A stretch of DNA of 64,000 bases from Dimorphilus gyrociliatus. Lineage: Eukaryota; Animalia; Annelida. The number at the start of each line of letters is the position of its first letter. Positions within the stretch are counted from its first letter, which is position 1. Where the stretch lies: contig CAJFCJ010000015.1 in the NCBI GenBank assembly GCA_904063045.1, positions 248,001 through 312,000 on the forward strand, in the 5' to 3' direction. The position numbers and the translations under genes are program-made. Of the stretch, positions 13,918-28,682 are shown piece by piece. The notes beneath the pieces were generated by a model. It was not told the origin of the DNA and ran no database searches. It saw only the letters and a program-made list of their open reading frames with translations.

Positions 13918-15602
13918 ATGGATGTGCGACGGAGAATAGGCATTCAAAAACATCGTATACTAGATGCTAGACAAAAGTTAAACACAAAAACAACTTTGAA
14001 AGATGCTAGATTCCGTTTAGTAAACAAAAGAAAATTTTCAAATCAGCTTGCTGATGCACGGGCAAAACTTGTTAAAAAAGGTTTATCCGATGCGAGGTAT
14101 TTATTGAAAAAGAAATCACCTGGTAACGGAGCAAACATTAAAATAAAAGTTGACAACAAATCTGTAAGTGATTAGCTATTTAAATTTGTCTTAAATACCT
14201 TATTTTTGTTTTACTACGATAAAGGGGAAAGGAAAACCAGCCGAAATGAAAAATTTTCAAATAATTGCAAAAAACGACAAAAATAAAAAGGTATAATAAG
14301 AGATTAATTTTTGATTCTCTATTTTTGTTTCTAAATTAAAAAAGAAAATAGCAAGATTAAGTGCAGGATTAAACTTGAACTTGAAGTCAATAAAGATATA
14401 TTATTATTCAAAATTAAATTATACACACATACATAAATACATATGGGAAAGAAAGTTATGCTTAATTAAGCCAGTTCATTAATTTTATATAGTAGTTATC
14501 AATAAATGTTTTAATGAGATAGAAACAATTATTTAAATATTTACACCTTTTATTATCAATCTCTAGATTCTCCCTGGTCCTAGCGGCTTTCCAAAGTTTC
14601 GGATTGAAAATGAAAAATTTAAAACAAATATTACAATATCGCGAGGTGTTGCTAGGAAAAGACCGTTTACCAAAAAAATTACTGAAGCGGATGAGGAGGA
14701 GGAAGAAGAATACGAAGATGATGATAATTTTGGGAAAATCCGTATGAAAGGAGTAATAGCAGTAAGTTATTAAAAGTCAAAATGATTTTTCTTAATAATA
14801 ATCAATCATTATATTATTTTCATAGGAAGATGAAGATGAAATTGACAATATAATCCCGATGAAAAACAGACTAATAGTAAATCATATTTATTTTTAGTAA
14901 TAAAAGGTCCATTAAATATATCCATTTATTGCTTTAGGCTAAGAAACCTAAAACTATTCAACGAAAGATGGAAAGTACTTCTTATGAAGAATATGTTAGT
15001 CCTATTCAAGGCTTTCGAATAGCTGTTAGTAATCTACATAGAAAAGTAACACATGACGACATTGTAGTAAGTAATTTAGTAAGAAAAATAGTAATTTAAT
15101 CTATGTGAAAAATGAACTATCTATAGGAATTATTTGGTAATATTGGCACTTTAAAGAGAGCAAGATTAATTAAGGAGGGAATTGCTGAAGCGGTATTTGT
15201 CAACAAATCTGACGCCATAGAGGCAGTAAATAGATATCATATGAGAGAATTGGATGGTAGGCTTTTATTAAATGATAATTAAGTTGAAAAAATTTTACAA
15301 TTCTATTAATCTCTGTCATTTTTTATAGCTCAACCAATGCATGTAACCTTAACAACTGTTGGCAAGCCGTTTCCCAAGCAAAAGTTATCCTTCACTTATA
15401 AAAGGTATCTTTAGTTCTAAAACAAAAAAAGCATTAATAATTTCAGTTAAATTAAAATACGTTCATATTTAGATCCTCAAATGAAATTCTCAACGTCGAT
15501 CCAAAGATTGCTCATCAAGTTCTATTTGGATGCACTTCAAGGAATGATCCAGCTAATAGACCTGTCAGTTTTACGGTTAAATTGGATGTAGATGAGGATT
15601 GA
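13918..15602 (+). CDS. POLDIP3: Polymerase delta-interacting protein 3 (SKAR)-like RRM protein, many short exons
   Basis: N-terminal repeated DAR motifs (LDARQKL, KDARFRL, ADARAKL, SDARYLL), RRM GFRIAVSNLHRKVTHDDIVELFGNIGTLKRARL...AVNRYHMRELD, C-terminal PVSFTVKL. Confidence 0.85.
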
Positions 15603-15844
15603 GATAAATTAGAATTGATATTAGTCACTTTTTATTGTTGAAATAAAAATTCTTTTTGTTTATTTACATTTCTGTACGTCTATGCTGTCCCTTATTTCGT
15701 TGTTATTATGAACATTCTTGAACAGATTAAAGCAATGTAAACTTTTCTTAAACATTTATAAATTGTAAAATTTTTTTGTATTGTTTATAGGGATTTGTTT
15801 GACGAGAAATAAAAGTGTTTTTTATTCTTATGTAGATATATTGG

Positions 15845-15859
15845 AGTGACATCTAGTGG
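15845..15859 (-). promoter_or_regulatory. CTCF-like motif between POLDIP3 and LZIC
   Basis: Reverse complement CCACTAGATGTCACT. Confidence 0.55.
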
Positions 15860-15914
15860 TAATTCTTAGAATGATTTACTTGACAAATTTCGTTCGATTC
15901 TCTCTAGTCGATAA

Positions 15915-17033
<1,119 letters not shown>

Positions 17034-17232
17034 TAAACTACAAATTGGATTACACATCTGTCATCATGAAAAACGGAAATAAAAAACCCAAAACATTTTG
17101 ATTCGTTTCCCTTATTTCTATAAAAAATTACTTGTTTATACATATATATAAATATTTTCTAGCAAATAATTTAATCTAATAAAAAAATGTAACTTTATTT
17201 CAACAAAAACTTTTCATAAACATGCTATAGGC

Positions 17233-18080
17233 TTAACTATTATTAACTTTTGAGACTACATATTCTGATAGATTATACTTTTTATAATCATAAAAATTCT
17301 CACATATACTAATTAAACAAATACCTTTAATTATATTAATGAGAATTGCGTACTTTGGTGCGTTCAAGTCAACTTTATTACTGCTGTTAAAACCTTTAAC
17401 AACTTCTGTTATGGCATCTAGAATAAAACTTCTTCCAATTTTTGAATTATTTCTAGACTTGAATACTATACTATAAGTTACTCCGTCGTCTTGTTTGAAA
17501 TATTTCTCTAAAACGTTCTCGGCCCCTTTCTTTATTTCTGAGTCGGTCGCTGCTGTTGTTAGTAAAACTGGTAAGAATCTCATCACAAATTTACATGGTT
17601 TATTTTCTGTATTCTCGAAAACTTTCTGACATATCGTATTTGGTTCTTCTAATGTTGTTCTAACGAAAAGACAATTGTTTGCTCCACAATCGATTTTTTG
17701 GAACCTCCTTTCTTTTTTCTCCTTTAGACCATCTGCGAAATTAAGGATTATTTTCTGATATTGTTTTCAATTTTAAATGTAAAGTTTATTAATAAACCTA
17801 TTTCTTTCGCGATCGCCTTTTCTATATCCTCTTCTTCTTCTTCTTCTGATCCTGATTCTTCCGGATCTTCTGGTCCGTAAAGGTTGTCAGCGGCATCATT
17901 AAGGAATCCATAACCTTCTCTCAAAGCTTCTCGTTCCCTCCGATTATGAGTTATAAAAAATCCTTTAATACCGCTTTTCAAGGTATAATCAATTCTAGAT
18001 TGTTTTCCTTGCTTGCTACATTTTATATAATATGACTTGGGTCTTTTTTTACCCCTTTTAGCGGCTTTATTATCTGACAT
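17233..18080 (-). CDS. THUMPD1: THUMP domain-containing protein 1 (Tan1; tRNA ac4C adaptor)
   Basis: GIKGFFITHNRREREALREGYGFL, acidic stretch EDIEKAIAKEI, RFLPV, TYSIVFKSRNNS, KVDLNAPKYAILINIIKGICLIS, KKYNL. Confidence 0.9.
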
Positions 18081-19327
18081 AATCGCGAAAACAAAGTTTC
18101 CACGTTTCCCAACGAAAATTGGACTTTATAGACTGGTATACTAGTGCGAGTACTTTGTAGATATACTCAAAGGTAAAAGAACCACCACTCAATATCTATG
18201 AAAGTAAATCATATCTACGTCTTGAAAAATGTTCCATTGAAATGCTAAAAGAAGTCTACAGTACTATCTCTAATCAAAGAAGATAAAGTTAAGTATTATA
18301 AATAAGTGTTTAATATTATGTTTTTGTTTTTACAAATAAATATTTTCTTGCAGCAAGTACTTTTGTATTCATTTACTATCAAAAACTATTTAACAATCGT
18401 TTCTAAACATTAAAGTATTGTATATAAGTTTACTTAATAGCAATATAGATAGCTTAGCCTACAAATTTTACCATGTTTTATATTGTACTGTCGGTCATGC
18501 ACCTTTTAAAGAAAAAGCTTGAATAATATACAAAAAAATTCATTAATCTTTCTATAAAGAAAAAATATTCTTGTTCTTTTAATGCAGAATTTCTTTTGTA
18601 GTTATAAATTTATATTACTTAATCTTTTTTGGTCGGAAATAAAATTTAATGAAAAAATAATAAAATAATAAAAATTACTTTTAATAAAGAACATTTTCTG
18701 TTCTTGTTTTAGAATGTTAGCTATGGGAGGCTGTATCTATAAACTATTGCAAATGTACACAGTATTTCGTAATAAGTATCCTTATTAAGTGTTGTACTTT
18801 TTTTTTGCTGATAGTATTACTTTGAAATGTGACTAAGTATTGAAAATTTTCCATTCATTCTTAGCTAATCAAAATCTTTATCTATTTATTCAAATAGCTG
18901 AGGAGAGTTATCTCTATTTTACTTATTAAAATAATTCATAGTAAGGAACTTTTTACTATTCAATAAACAAATATAAAAATTCCTTCCTTATTAGTATTGT
19001 GATAGATAGGACTATAAAAATTTTTCAAAGGTTCAAAAATACCGAATATTTAGGGAATAATGGAATAGAAAATTTATAGGTTTTGGTATCTGAACAAGTA
19101 TATAAATGAATTAAATTACAATGTATATATATTTATAATATACATATATATAAATATAATATAATATATTTATCACGTATTTGAGAAGATTGTAGCAGAT
19201 TTCTACCAAAAATCATTAAATATTTTAATGTACTAGGTCAAATTATAGATTGTCATACAACGATGAGCCTCTTTTAATTCTAGCAGACTTTTAGCAGAAA
19301 AGTCGTCCATTATGACCTTGGCCATTT

Positions 19328-22300
19328 ATGTACATATCTCAATCCACAGGCCTATTATCGCTCACTCCTCCTTCTCTTATGCTCTCAATTCCAGTAGCGT
19401 TTCATTTACTGAAAAGAGCTCTCATGACTGAATCGATGGCAGACAAGGTATGTAGATCATTCTTTACGCGAAGTTGTCATTCGACGATTATTATTATTTT
19501 ATCAATATTTTTCAATTTTTAATTTTTGCTTTCTTAAAGACTACTGAGTAACACGTGTAAAATATAAGATCTATGTAGTAAAAGGTTTGATCAGGTGAAG
19601 AATTAGGTTGTTCGTATAACTCTGTGTAAATAACTAATGGAAAGGGATACTGAGTTGAAAAAATTGACTCAGACATCATACAGACAAATATATTTTATCA
19701 CAAATCGATTATTCATTAATTGAAGGTTACTATATCTGCTCATGAATATTCAAACTAAATACTGCATAGCTTGATACTACTCGATCCATATTATAAAAAG
19801 TCAAACATTAGTACGATTCGTCAAAGTATTTTCATACTTATTCAGCCTTTTAGTAGACCACTTCCTTTTTTTGACATTTCCTGTGGAAAATGACTATAGA
19901 ATCGGTAAGTTTAGTGATATTTATTTTAAAAAAACACACATGTATTAAATTGATAAACAGTTGTTTTAACAAATAACTAGCTTTATTGTTGTAATTGTTA
20001 CTTTAAACGATAGATTTTAACATCTTGGAACAAACTATAAAAAATTAGCTTACCATATAAATTTATATATATGTATAAAGTATGGAAATCTGATATGGAA
20101 ACATTTCTATTTGTCCGGAATCGCTTTTAGTGTATTATTGTAGTTTATTACTTAAAATGGGACTAATTAGTGCAAATCTTTTATCCAGATCATGTAATGT
20201 GAGTTGAATTAGGAATTTATCGCAAATAATGGTTTGTTTCTAGTTCAAATTTTCTTAATAGTAATCACAAATAATGAAAACTTCCGGGTTTTATATGTTA
20301 CTTTTATCTTTATAAATAGACTGTTCAACTCATGATGTGATGGACATTGATTTTTATTCGTTATCTCTAAAAATAGCACAGTGATTTTTGATATAATATG
20401 TTTAGCAAATAATTCTACAGTTATGACTAATAACTTCCACATTATCGTCTTTTTCGATTTTGTGATCGTTAGGATAAGTCTTATTATACAATTCACCTAA
20501 GAGACTTTATACTTTATTCTTCAATAAACTTCAAAAGTGTTACTTAGTAATAAGCTCTTCCGATAAAATCACTACATTTAATTGAAAATTTCATATGTGC
20601 TCTCATGCTATAAATAGAGGCTTTTCTAGATTCATTTCCATTACTTGTTTTCTATTTTTAGATTGACAATATAATCAAGCCACTTCTATTGGAGGATGAG
20701 ACCTATACGAAGATAGGCAGGCTTCTTGAACAAGAAATGGCAAAAGGATTATCCAAAACAACTAATCCTTCCGCAAAGGTTAAAATGCTCCCTACTTACG
20801 TAAGAGCATTACCCAATGGGTTAGAGGAAGGAAATTTCTTGGCTTTGGATTTAGGTGGAACCAATTTTAGAGTTTTGCTTATATCTTTGAGCAAAGAAAG
20901 TGGAGTTAGAATGGAAAACAAAATCTATCCTGTTCCAGAAAAAATAATGACAGGAACTGGCAAAGAACTTTTTGACCATATTGCTTATTGTATATCTGAC
21001 TTTATACATGAGCATAACATTCAGGGGCAGGTCATTAGATAATTATCTATTCTTAAATAAATCTATTCAAATCAGTCTTTCTATTTTAATAGCATCTACC
21101 TTTGGGCTTTACTTTCTCTTTCCCATGCAAACAAGAAAGTTTATCTGTAGGACGCCTTATCTCATGGACAAAAGGTTTCAGCTGCTCTGATGTAGAGGGA
21201 GAAAATGTTGTAGATCTTCTCCATGCAGCTATCAAAAGGAGAAATGATATCAGCGTTGAATGCGTTGCAATTCTTAATGATACTGTTGGTTGTCTAATGT
21301 CTTGTGCTTATTTGGATCACGATGCTGAAATAGGCGTTATTCTTGGTACAGGTACAAATGCCTGTTACATGGAAAAGTTAGATAAAGTAGAATTATGGGA
21401 TCAGGATAAGGCTGAACCTAGTCAAGTTGTCATCAATACAGAATGGGGAGCATTTGGGGACGATGGTTGTCTGGACTTTATCCGTACTGACTATGACTTT
21501 CAAATTGATGAACGGTCATTAAATAGGGGTCGACAGCTGTAAGTTATTAATTGTTTCCCCTATATTTATAATAGACCTTTAATTAGTATTACGCATTCGA
21601 TATAGAAATAACGTTTAAAACAATACTTTCAAAATGAGTGAATAGAAACTGTATCTAACAATAATATTGTTTTATTAAATAACCAGACAAAATATCATAA
21701 AATAAATAATAATATGCTCTATTTCCGGGTAAGAAGTACTAGATTATATTGAATTTTTGATAAAGAGTCTATTTCTCAATTACAAAATTTTCAGTACGAG
21801 TCAATAAATAGTTGAGATATCGTGCAATTCTGATGAAATTTTTTATACAGGTTCGAAAAAATGATATCCGGAATGTACATGGGTGAAATTGTACGCTTGG
21901 TTGTTGTTGAATGTGTGCGTACGAGTCTCATGTTTTCTGGAGTTTTAGGACGTTTTAAAGAAAGAGATTGTTTCAAGACGAAGTACGTCTCAGCTGTTGA
22001 GAAAGATCATGGCAGAGGATCATTTGAAAATACAAAAAGAATTATTGAACAAATGGGCATAAAGGAATTCACTGATAGTGATTGTAGCGCCCTCTTTCGC
22101 ATTTGCCAGGCTGTCTCTATTAGAGCGGCCAAGTTGTCTTCCGCTGGTATATAATTTTTCAAATTATTATATGATTATAGTACTTTAATTGAAATTTTCC
22201 TCGTTTCCTACACAGCAATCGTAACATTAATGAATCGAATAAATAGGCCGAATATCACAGTAGCCGTCGATGGCAGTTTATTTCGCTTTCATCCAAGATT

Positions 22301-22436
22301 TGAGGGTGTAATGAAAGAAACTATTGCCGAAATGTATAATTTTGGGCATCAATTCAAATTAATGCTATCGGAAGACGGTAGTGGTAAAGGAGCCGCTTTG
22401 GTCGCAGCAGTTGCTCACCGACTAAAAAATAACTGA
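19328..22436 (+). CDS. HK: Hexokinase (single ~50 kDa domain), with two alternative first coding exons
   Basis: LALDLGGTNFRV, LGFTFSFPC, LNDTVG, GVILGTGTNACY, INTEWGAFG, FEKMISGMYMGE, DGSLF, SEDGSGKGAA. The common exon starts at 20662; first exons 19328-19447 or 19890-19904 both end in phase 0 at GT donors. Confidence 0.97.
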
Positions 22437-22917
22437 ACAACAGTACGAATGAGCTAAACGAGTTATTATTTACTAATTTCGGCTTTCTAATAGCTCATTG
22501 TATTAGTGATATTAGACAGTCTTATGCAGAATAAGTCTATTTTTTTCTCGTCCAGAAAAAATTTACCATTTTTAAAAGATAATTATTTTTTCCTCCTGCT
22601 TAATTCTTTTCTTTTCATTGAAATCTAATTGCACCCGGATACAATTGCTTTTTTTTGAGCAATTGGTTAAAAGCATAAACAATGGGAGGATGAATCTCTA
22701 ATTTTTCCTGCATGAAAACTTTACTGTAGTGCATCTCTAATCCCTCCTAGTAAACAGATTTTATCCTGTTGTCTCTTTTAATGTTTAACGTTTGTGGAAA
22801 TAAAGTTAATACAGGAAAATAGACTAGACTGTTGTAATATTTATTGGTAATTATAAAATACACATTCTCATTCTATTAATAGATTAAGGATACAATGAGT
22901 TTCGATGATTTTTAATA

Positions 22918-23810
22918 TCATTTTTTTGCTAAGGCAAACCCTAGTCCAATCAAACCACCTAGAACAGCTACAGCAGCTCCACCCGCAACAGCGGCACCAA
23001 TCAAGCCCTCTATATGAGAGAAGTTTAAGAATATAGTTGATGTTTTAATAAACAGTAGCTATTTACCTTTATTTCTTCGTTTTGTGATGTATTCATGCAA
23101 TTGGTGCGATTGGGAATTTTTAGGTTCAACTTTAAGTATAGCTTCTGTATAGTTTAAAGCCTTGTTATATTCCTGAAATTAAAAACAAATAATTTATCAT
23201 TTCAATCACTTGAATAGAGTATTTCACAGTGGCTTATATCTTGAATCGAATAAGGTTTATACAAATAAGCTATCAATATTGGTAGTGAGGAAATATTGAG
23301 AACAGAATATATTTTACCCCAATTCTAGTATTTCCAATAGCTAAATAAAATAGATAATCACGTTTTTCATCATTTTCACCCGACTTTTTGTACAAGTCTG
23401 TGAGAATTATACATTAAATCAAAATACATCTCTTTGGTAATTTACAAGTTTACCTTCTAGTAATTTCACGCCTTCTCTAACCCGTGACATGCTCTCACTT
23501 CGGATCAGACACCAAGAATAGTCAAATTGCGTTGTTGGAGGTACGAATCCATTCTTTAATGCGCTTAGATATTTGGCTTCAAATTTCTAAGAATAAAACA
23601 GAAATGAAATTGTTTTTAAATAGCTTTCAATTTTATGTCAATTGAAACACGTAGAGCGATAATATAATACTTGTAAAAATATCTGGTAAAACAGATTTCT
23701 AGACCGATAACAGTTCATGAATAATAAACATGGAATATTCTAAAACAATTATATACCCTTAGATCTTCGGGTGATACTCGATCTTCAACAATACTCTCCA
23801 TCATATTCAT
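22918..23810 (-). CDS. FIS1: Mitochondrial fission 1 protein, 5 short exons (not in ORF track)
   Basis: (MNM)MESIVEDRVSPEDLR|KFEAKY...TQFDYSWCLIRS...REGVKLLE|DLYKKSGENDEKRDYLFYLAIGNTRIG|EYNKALNY...VEPKNSQ...|EGLIGAAVAGGAAVAVLGGLIGLGFALAKK*: TPR fold plus C-terminal tail anchor. Confidence 0.96.
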
Positions 23811-25317
23811 ATTTTCCGATACGCTTTCTACGTAAGTATTACTTAATCGGGTATTACTAAATACCAATGAAAACTTTCATTTGGAATTTTTAGTCATTTA
23901 GTTTATTGTGTTTGTTTTTTAAATGATAAAATTGAAAACTCTTTTAAAAGCAATGATCTATAAGAAAACGTTAAGTAAACTATGAATAGAATGAAGATAT
24001 TGGAAATTATCTTTATGTTCAACAAACTAATTTGTATTTTAAGAAAAATTGAACTGTTGGCGAGGGGATGTAAGGCTAGATTATAGAACTATTTACTGAA
24101 TAGCACTCTATTATGGTCATATTTAATGTTATTTTTAATTCTTGATATATATATATATTTATTCTTATTTTTAGAATATTTGCTAAAAAGTCAAATAGTA
24201 TCCTTTGAAAAGAGAAGGTAAGAAAGGACACAGTGTTTTTTACACTAGCAGACTATTGTATAATTTGTAACAAGAAGTAAAACTACGCAGCGATATTTTG
24301 ATATAAGTTACGATTAGAGTATTTGATAATTTTAGGTAATTAATTACGTCACTAAGATGGAATTTGCCAGATTTCGTATGTAATTTAGATTGTTTATTTT
24401 TTCTTCCTGTAACAAATAGCAAGCAGTTAATATAAGCTCAGCTGGTTGTAGTTAAAAGATTATAGCCTTCTTAAAACAAATAAACTTTTTTGCGACGATC
24501 TAAAAGAACACATTAGAAAGAAGTCTAATTATAAGCTATATTCCTATATCTAGTTAATTTTATATAAGCAAATATAGCATTATATAAATAATTTATGTTT
24601 GTTAATAAAAGTAAATTCGAAAATGGCATTTTTTTATCAAAAAAAAAAAAAGAAGAGTAATTCAATGCATAAATAATAATATTTTGATCCAAGCAATTTG
24701 TTCTAGAATATAGAACTTTTTTTCTGTTCTTTTAATAGAACGTTTTTACGAGAATTTCTAAAATTATTAATATTTTCCCCTTGTTTTATAGGAAATATCT
24801 GAAAAGGAAAATAGAATTTCCTTTCTTATTAAGGAGATATTGGATCTTGATTGAGAAGAATTGATTTTTTTAAAACCTGTCAAAGTTATTAGAATCGACT
24901 TTTCTTCTAAATTGAGCTACAATAATTTTGTTACAGTTTTAAACAATTTTTCTATTTTTCACTCTAATTATTTAATAATTGTTTTAATTAAATAATGATT
25001 AAAAAATACTTGAACAATCTGGTTTTTTTTATAGTCTTCCTTTTTTTAAAACATCCTTGTGGAGAGAGAATGCTTGCTTTTATATATGTACACTATTATT
25101 TATTTAAATAATTGGTACAAGTTTATCGATTGAAACATGCGTAAATGCTTTTTATAAGGGGAGTTTCTTTTCTCTCAGGAATTATGTTGAATGATAATTT
25201 GCCAAGGTTATCTGGATAGGATACCGTACTAAACAAAAAAAAGGCTATGTCGTAACGAGTTATTTACCACCCGGAAGTGGACTTTTAAATCTCATTCTTT
25301 ATTCTTTTATAGAATTA

Positions 25318-25640
25318 ATGAGGATATTTTTTATTATATTTTATCTAGTTTGCGTACTTTAACGTAATCTAAAAGGTGGTTATCTATGAAAAAGATTCTT
25401 CAATAAAAATTTTATTAGTCCTTTGAAGAAAAAAATATGGACATTCCAAAGGATAAACGCTTAGAATATTTAGAATGGTATAGTTTCTTTTGTGAAGGAA
25501 AGAGTACTTTTGATTATCAATACTTTGAATCTGGGGAAGAAATTTTTCAAGATTTCCAAACTAAAATTAGAAAAATAATTAAGGAAAAGGTTAATGAAGA
25601 ACTTTTAAATCGTTCGAAATCAAAATCCTTTGATTGTTGA
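25318..25640 (+). CDS. Hypothetical small protein (possible 2-exon, 85 aa) or terminal exon of a decayed gene
   Basis: Acceptor TTTTATTAG at 25418 opens a 73-codon frame (SFEEKNMDIPKDKRLEYLEWYSFFC...SFDC*). A phase-0 upstream exon 25318-25353 (MRIFFIIFYLVC) would fit but has a weak GTACTT donor. No recognisable homology. Confidence 0.3.
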
Positions 25641-26890
25641 GTGTTAAAAGATAAAAAATTGTATATTTTTATGGATTTTTGATGTATCTTTTTAAAAATA
25701 CGTTATGATAAATTACGTTATCAGATTATTTATCGCTTGGTAACAATTACAATAATTAGAGCATTAGATAAGAACCAATTGAAAAAAATGAAAATAAAGA
25801 ATAACTTATCAAATACACTATATTCTGTAAAGCTATAGGCGATTATATTACAAGAGTTTCGAGGAAGCTCTCCCTTCCTTACAATGTGAAAATCGAATTA
25901 ATTTGACTTAGCCATTCTTGAGCAAAAAATTTAATTGATACAGTAGTTTTTTAATGATTTAAGTTTGAAAATAAACTGGAGAAAAGTCATTGAAATTGTT
26001 ATTAATTATAAGTCTTTTCTATGCGTTAAAAATTCTCTCCAATTTCTCAAGTTCTGCAAACAATACAATTAATACATACTTGAAGACGGATAGAAAGAAA
26101 GGGAGAAACTTTTATTATGTATATATAATGTTATATACAAAGCAATCAAAATAATAATGTCCGTTAAAAACAACTAATTGAAAACTACCCCACTTCTAGG
26201 TTAACTGTCTAATGTTGATCAACACCAAACAAAAGATGTCTTTCAGCATGGGAAAATTTTTTTTTATTTTAAGGATTATAAAGAATGGTGGCTGAATATA
26301 TTAAATATTAAAGGGATACAATTTTATTGAACGAGTTTGATGACCTTAAGCTATTAAATACAATAATTACAATAAATATTTCGTTTACTGATTATTCCTT
26401 TTTCGCTCTCATTTTAGAAATGAGCAAAGGTTAAAGTTTATAAATTACAATCTTTCCAATTGCAAGTCAATCTTCATTAAAAGATTACCCGATTTCCATT
26501 AATAATACTTTATCCGTCTCGGTGTTAATCTTTATTTATTACCAAGAGGAGAATTTTTTTTTACTTGTTTCAATCAGCCATTCTTTATCTTTAATAAGGC
26601 AATAAAAGCTTTAGAATGCCGTGAAGGAAATGCTAATATCATAAAATATGAACAAAGTATAAAGCTACACATTTTTTTTTTGTAGTTCAAAACCAGGTCG
26701 TTCAACCAAGTTCTCCGTAAAAAAATCTAAGCTGTCAACACTTGGGAAGAGACTTGAAAAAAGCATTAATATTTATTGAATTGCATAATTGTTTGATATA
26801 GAAATCTCTTTTCTTGTATAATAGCAGAGTGTATTGAGTACAGGAATATAGATTTATGTACGATATTTAAAAGAGAAGAGAAATAGGGAA

Positions 26891-26894
<4 letters not shown>

Positions 26895-26943
<49 letters not shown>
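26895..26943. repeat. Compound (TA)n(GA)n microsatellite
   Basis: About 18 TA units followed by about 6 GA units. Confidence 0.9.
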
Positions 26944-28682
26944 TAGAAGGATATATATAATATATACAGTATATGTATTATATATATTAGGTATAGACTG
27001 AATAGATCTATTTTTTGTAGTCTGTGAACTGTTAGGCATAAATTTTTTAAAACATAAATTTCGTTATGAAGAATTGTAGTATTAATCCTATTAAAAGTTA
27101 TTAACTAAAATCAATGAAGGTAGAATTAATGCTTATATCGACTAGTTTAGGGTTGACCATTTAGTTATCGTATAGCCATTTTTTTTTTCTTTTTGGAAGT
27201 TATTCTCCTAACTAAAACATTAATCGTGTTTGTCTAACCAACAGCAAATATTTAAATACTTTCGACTTATTATAAACAAGGACCTCATGGCGAAAAAAAA
27301 TAATTTTCTGCAAACTCCTTTTCATTCATTCATTCATATCATTCATTCGTTTATTTCTTCTATTCATTCTCTTTTATTTTTCGCTTGAATGTAAACTATA
27401 CCTGAGGATAAAAAAATTCAATAATCTCGTAGGTTAATCGATAACTACACTACAAGGCAAACTAATATTGATTACTTCTATTTTAGAGAGCACTGTACGC
27501 CAGAAGATATAAACAATGGCTTTTTTTTTCTAAATTTCTCTTAGGGAAAAGAAAGGAGAGTGACCTTTTCAATGGCATTGACCCTTTTCTAGGGCAAAAA
27601 ATTATATTAATCTATAAGAAATCCTCTCTAGTTGAGGTGAAAAAAAAAACAAAAATCAAAGCTAACTTACTTAGATTGGTAGCTCAGAGATATATTACAT
27701 ATATTGTACGGTATATGTATATATAAATAATGTACTTTTTATCACTAAAATAAGCACAAGAAACCATTTATTTATTACTTTTTGTTTACAAATAATAAAC
27801 AAGAGTAAAAATTTTATATATACAAATTGACAGATTTGTTTACGCCGTTAATTCTCCCTCAGTGTTGAAATCTAAGCTAAATTCTTGAATTAACTGAATT
27901 TTTTATTTTATATAAATACTGTATGTATGTATGAGAATATGAATATTAATGAATAGTTTGTTAATTTAACCTTTTTTTTAATAGGATGTTATATGGTTAT
28001 CATACAGTTTATAACTGAATTAGATTATGTTAATCTGTGTGTCTGTGTGTCTGTCTGTCTCTTTTTATGAACATAGTATTCAGCTGATTCGACAAATATT
28101 TAAGTATTAAAGAAGAAATGACTTACAGAAGCTAAAAATCGCTAAACCACAAATATTCATTATTCTCTTTATGATCTATTGTATAAACATGTTATTTTAA
28201 AATACTATATACATGTATTTCAAATTCTCTCGCATGTACAATATATGAAGCAACATTTCCCAGGTAACGGCTAGGTCATGAAATATAAATAATAAAAGCA
28301 TATCTTCCCTTGTTGCCCCTCCCCCCCCCAACCCTACTTTATTTCTTCTCAGATTGTTCAAGTTGGCTAATAATTCTCCTCTTATTAAATCAAAAAGAAA
28401 TTCTTTTTAAAGCAAAAGAATTTTTTACGTCTCTTTTATAACTAAAATTAGAATTAAATAGCTAATATTTGAATTTTGTAAATATTTGAATTATACAAAA
28501 ATATTCTGTCAAGCGTTTCAGACCTACAATTTGTACGATAGTCTGGGAAAATGATCTGTTATATACATACATGTACAATATATATAAACAAACAGACAAG
28601 GTCAAGTACAAGTTGGCAACCTCTTCAGCAAAAATTCAAAAAGAGAAAGCAAGTTTTTGTTTTGTTTTGTGTGCTTTTTTCT

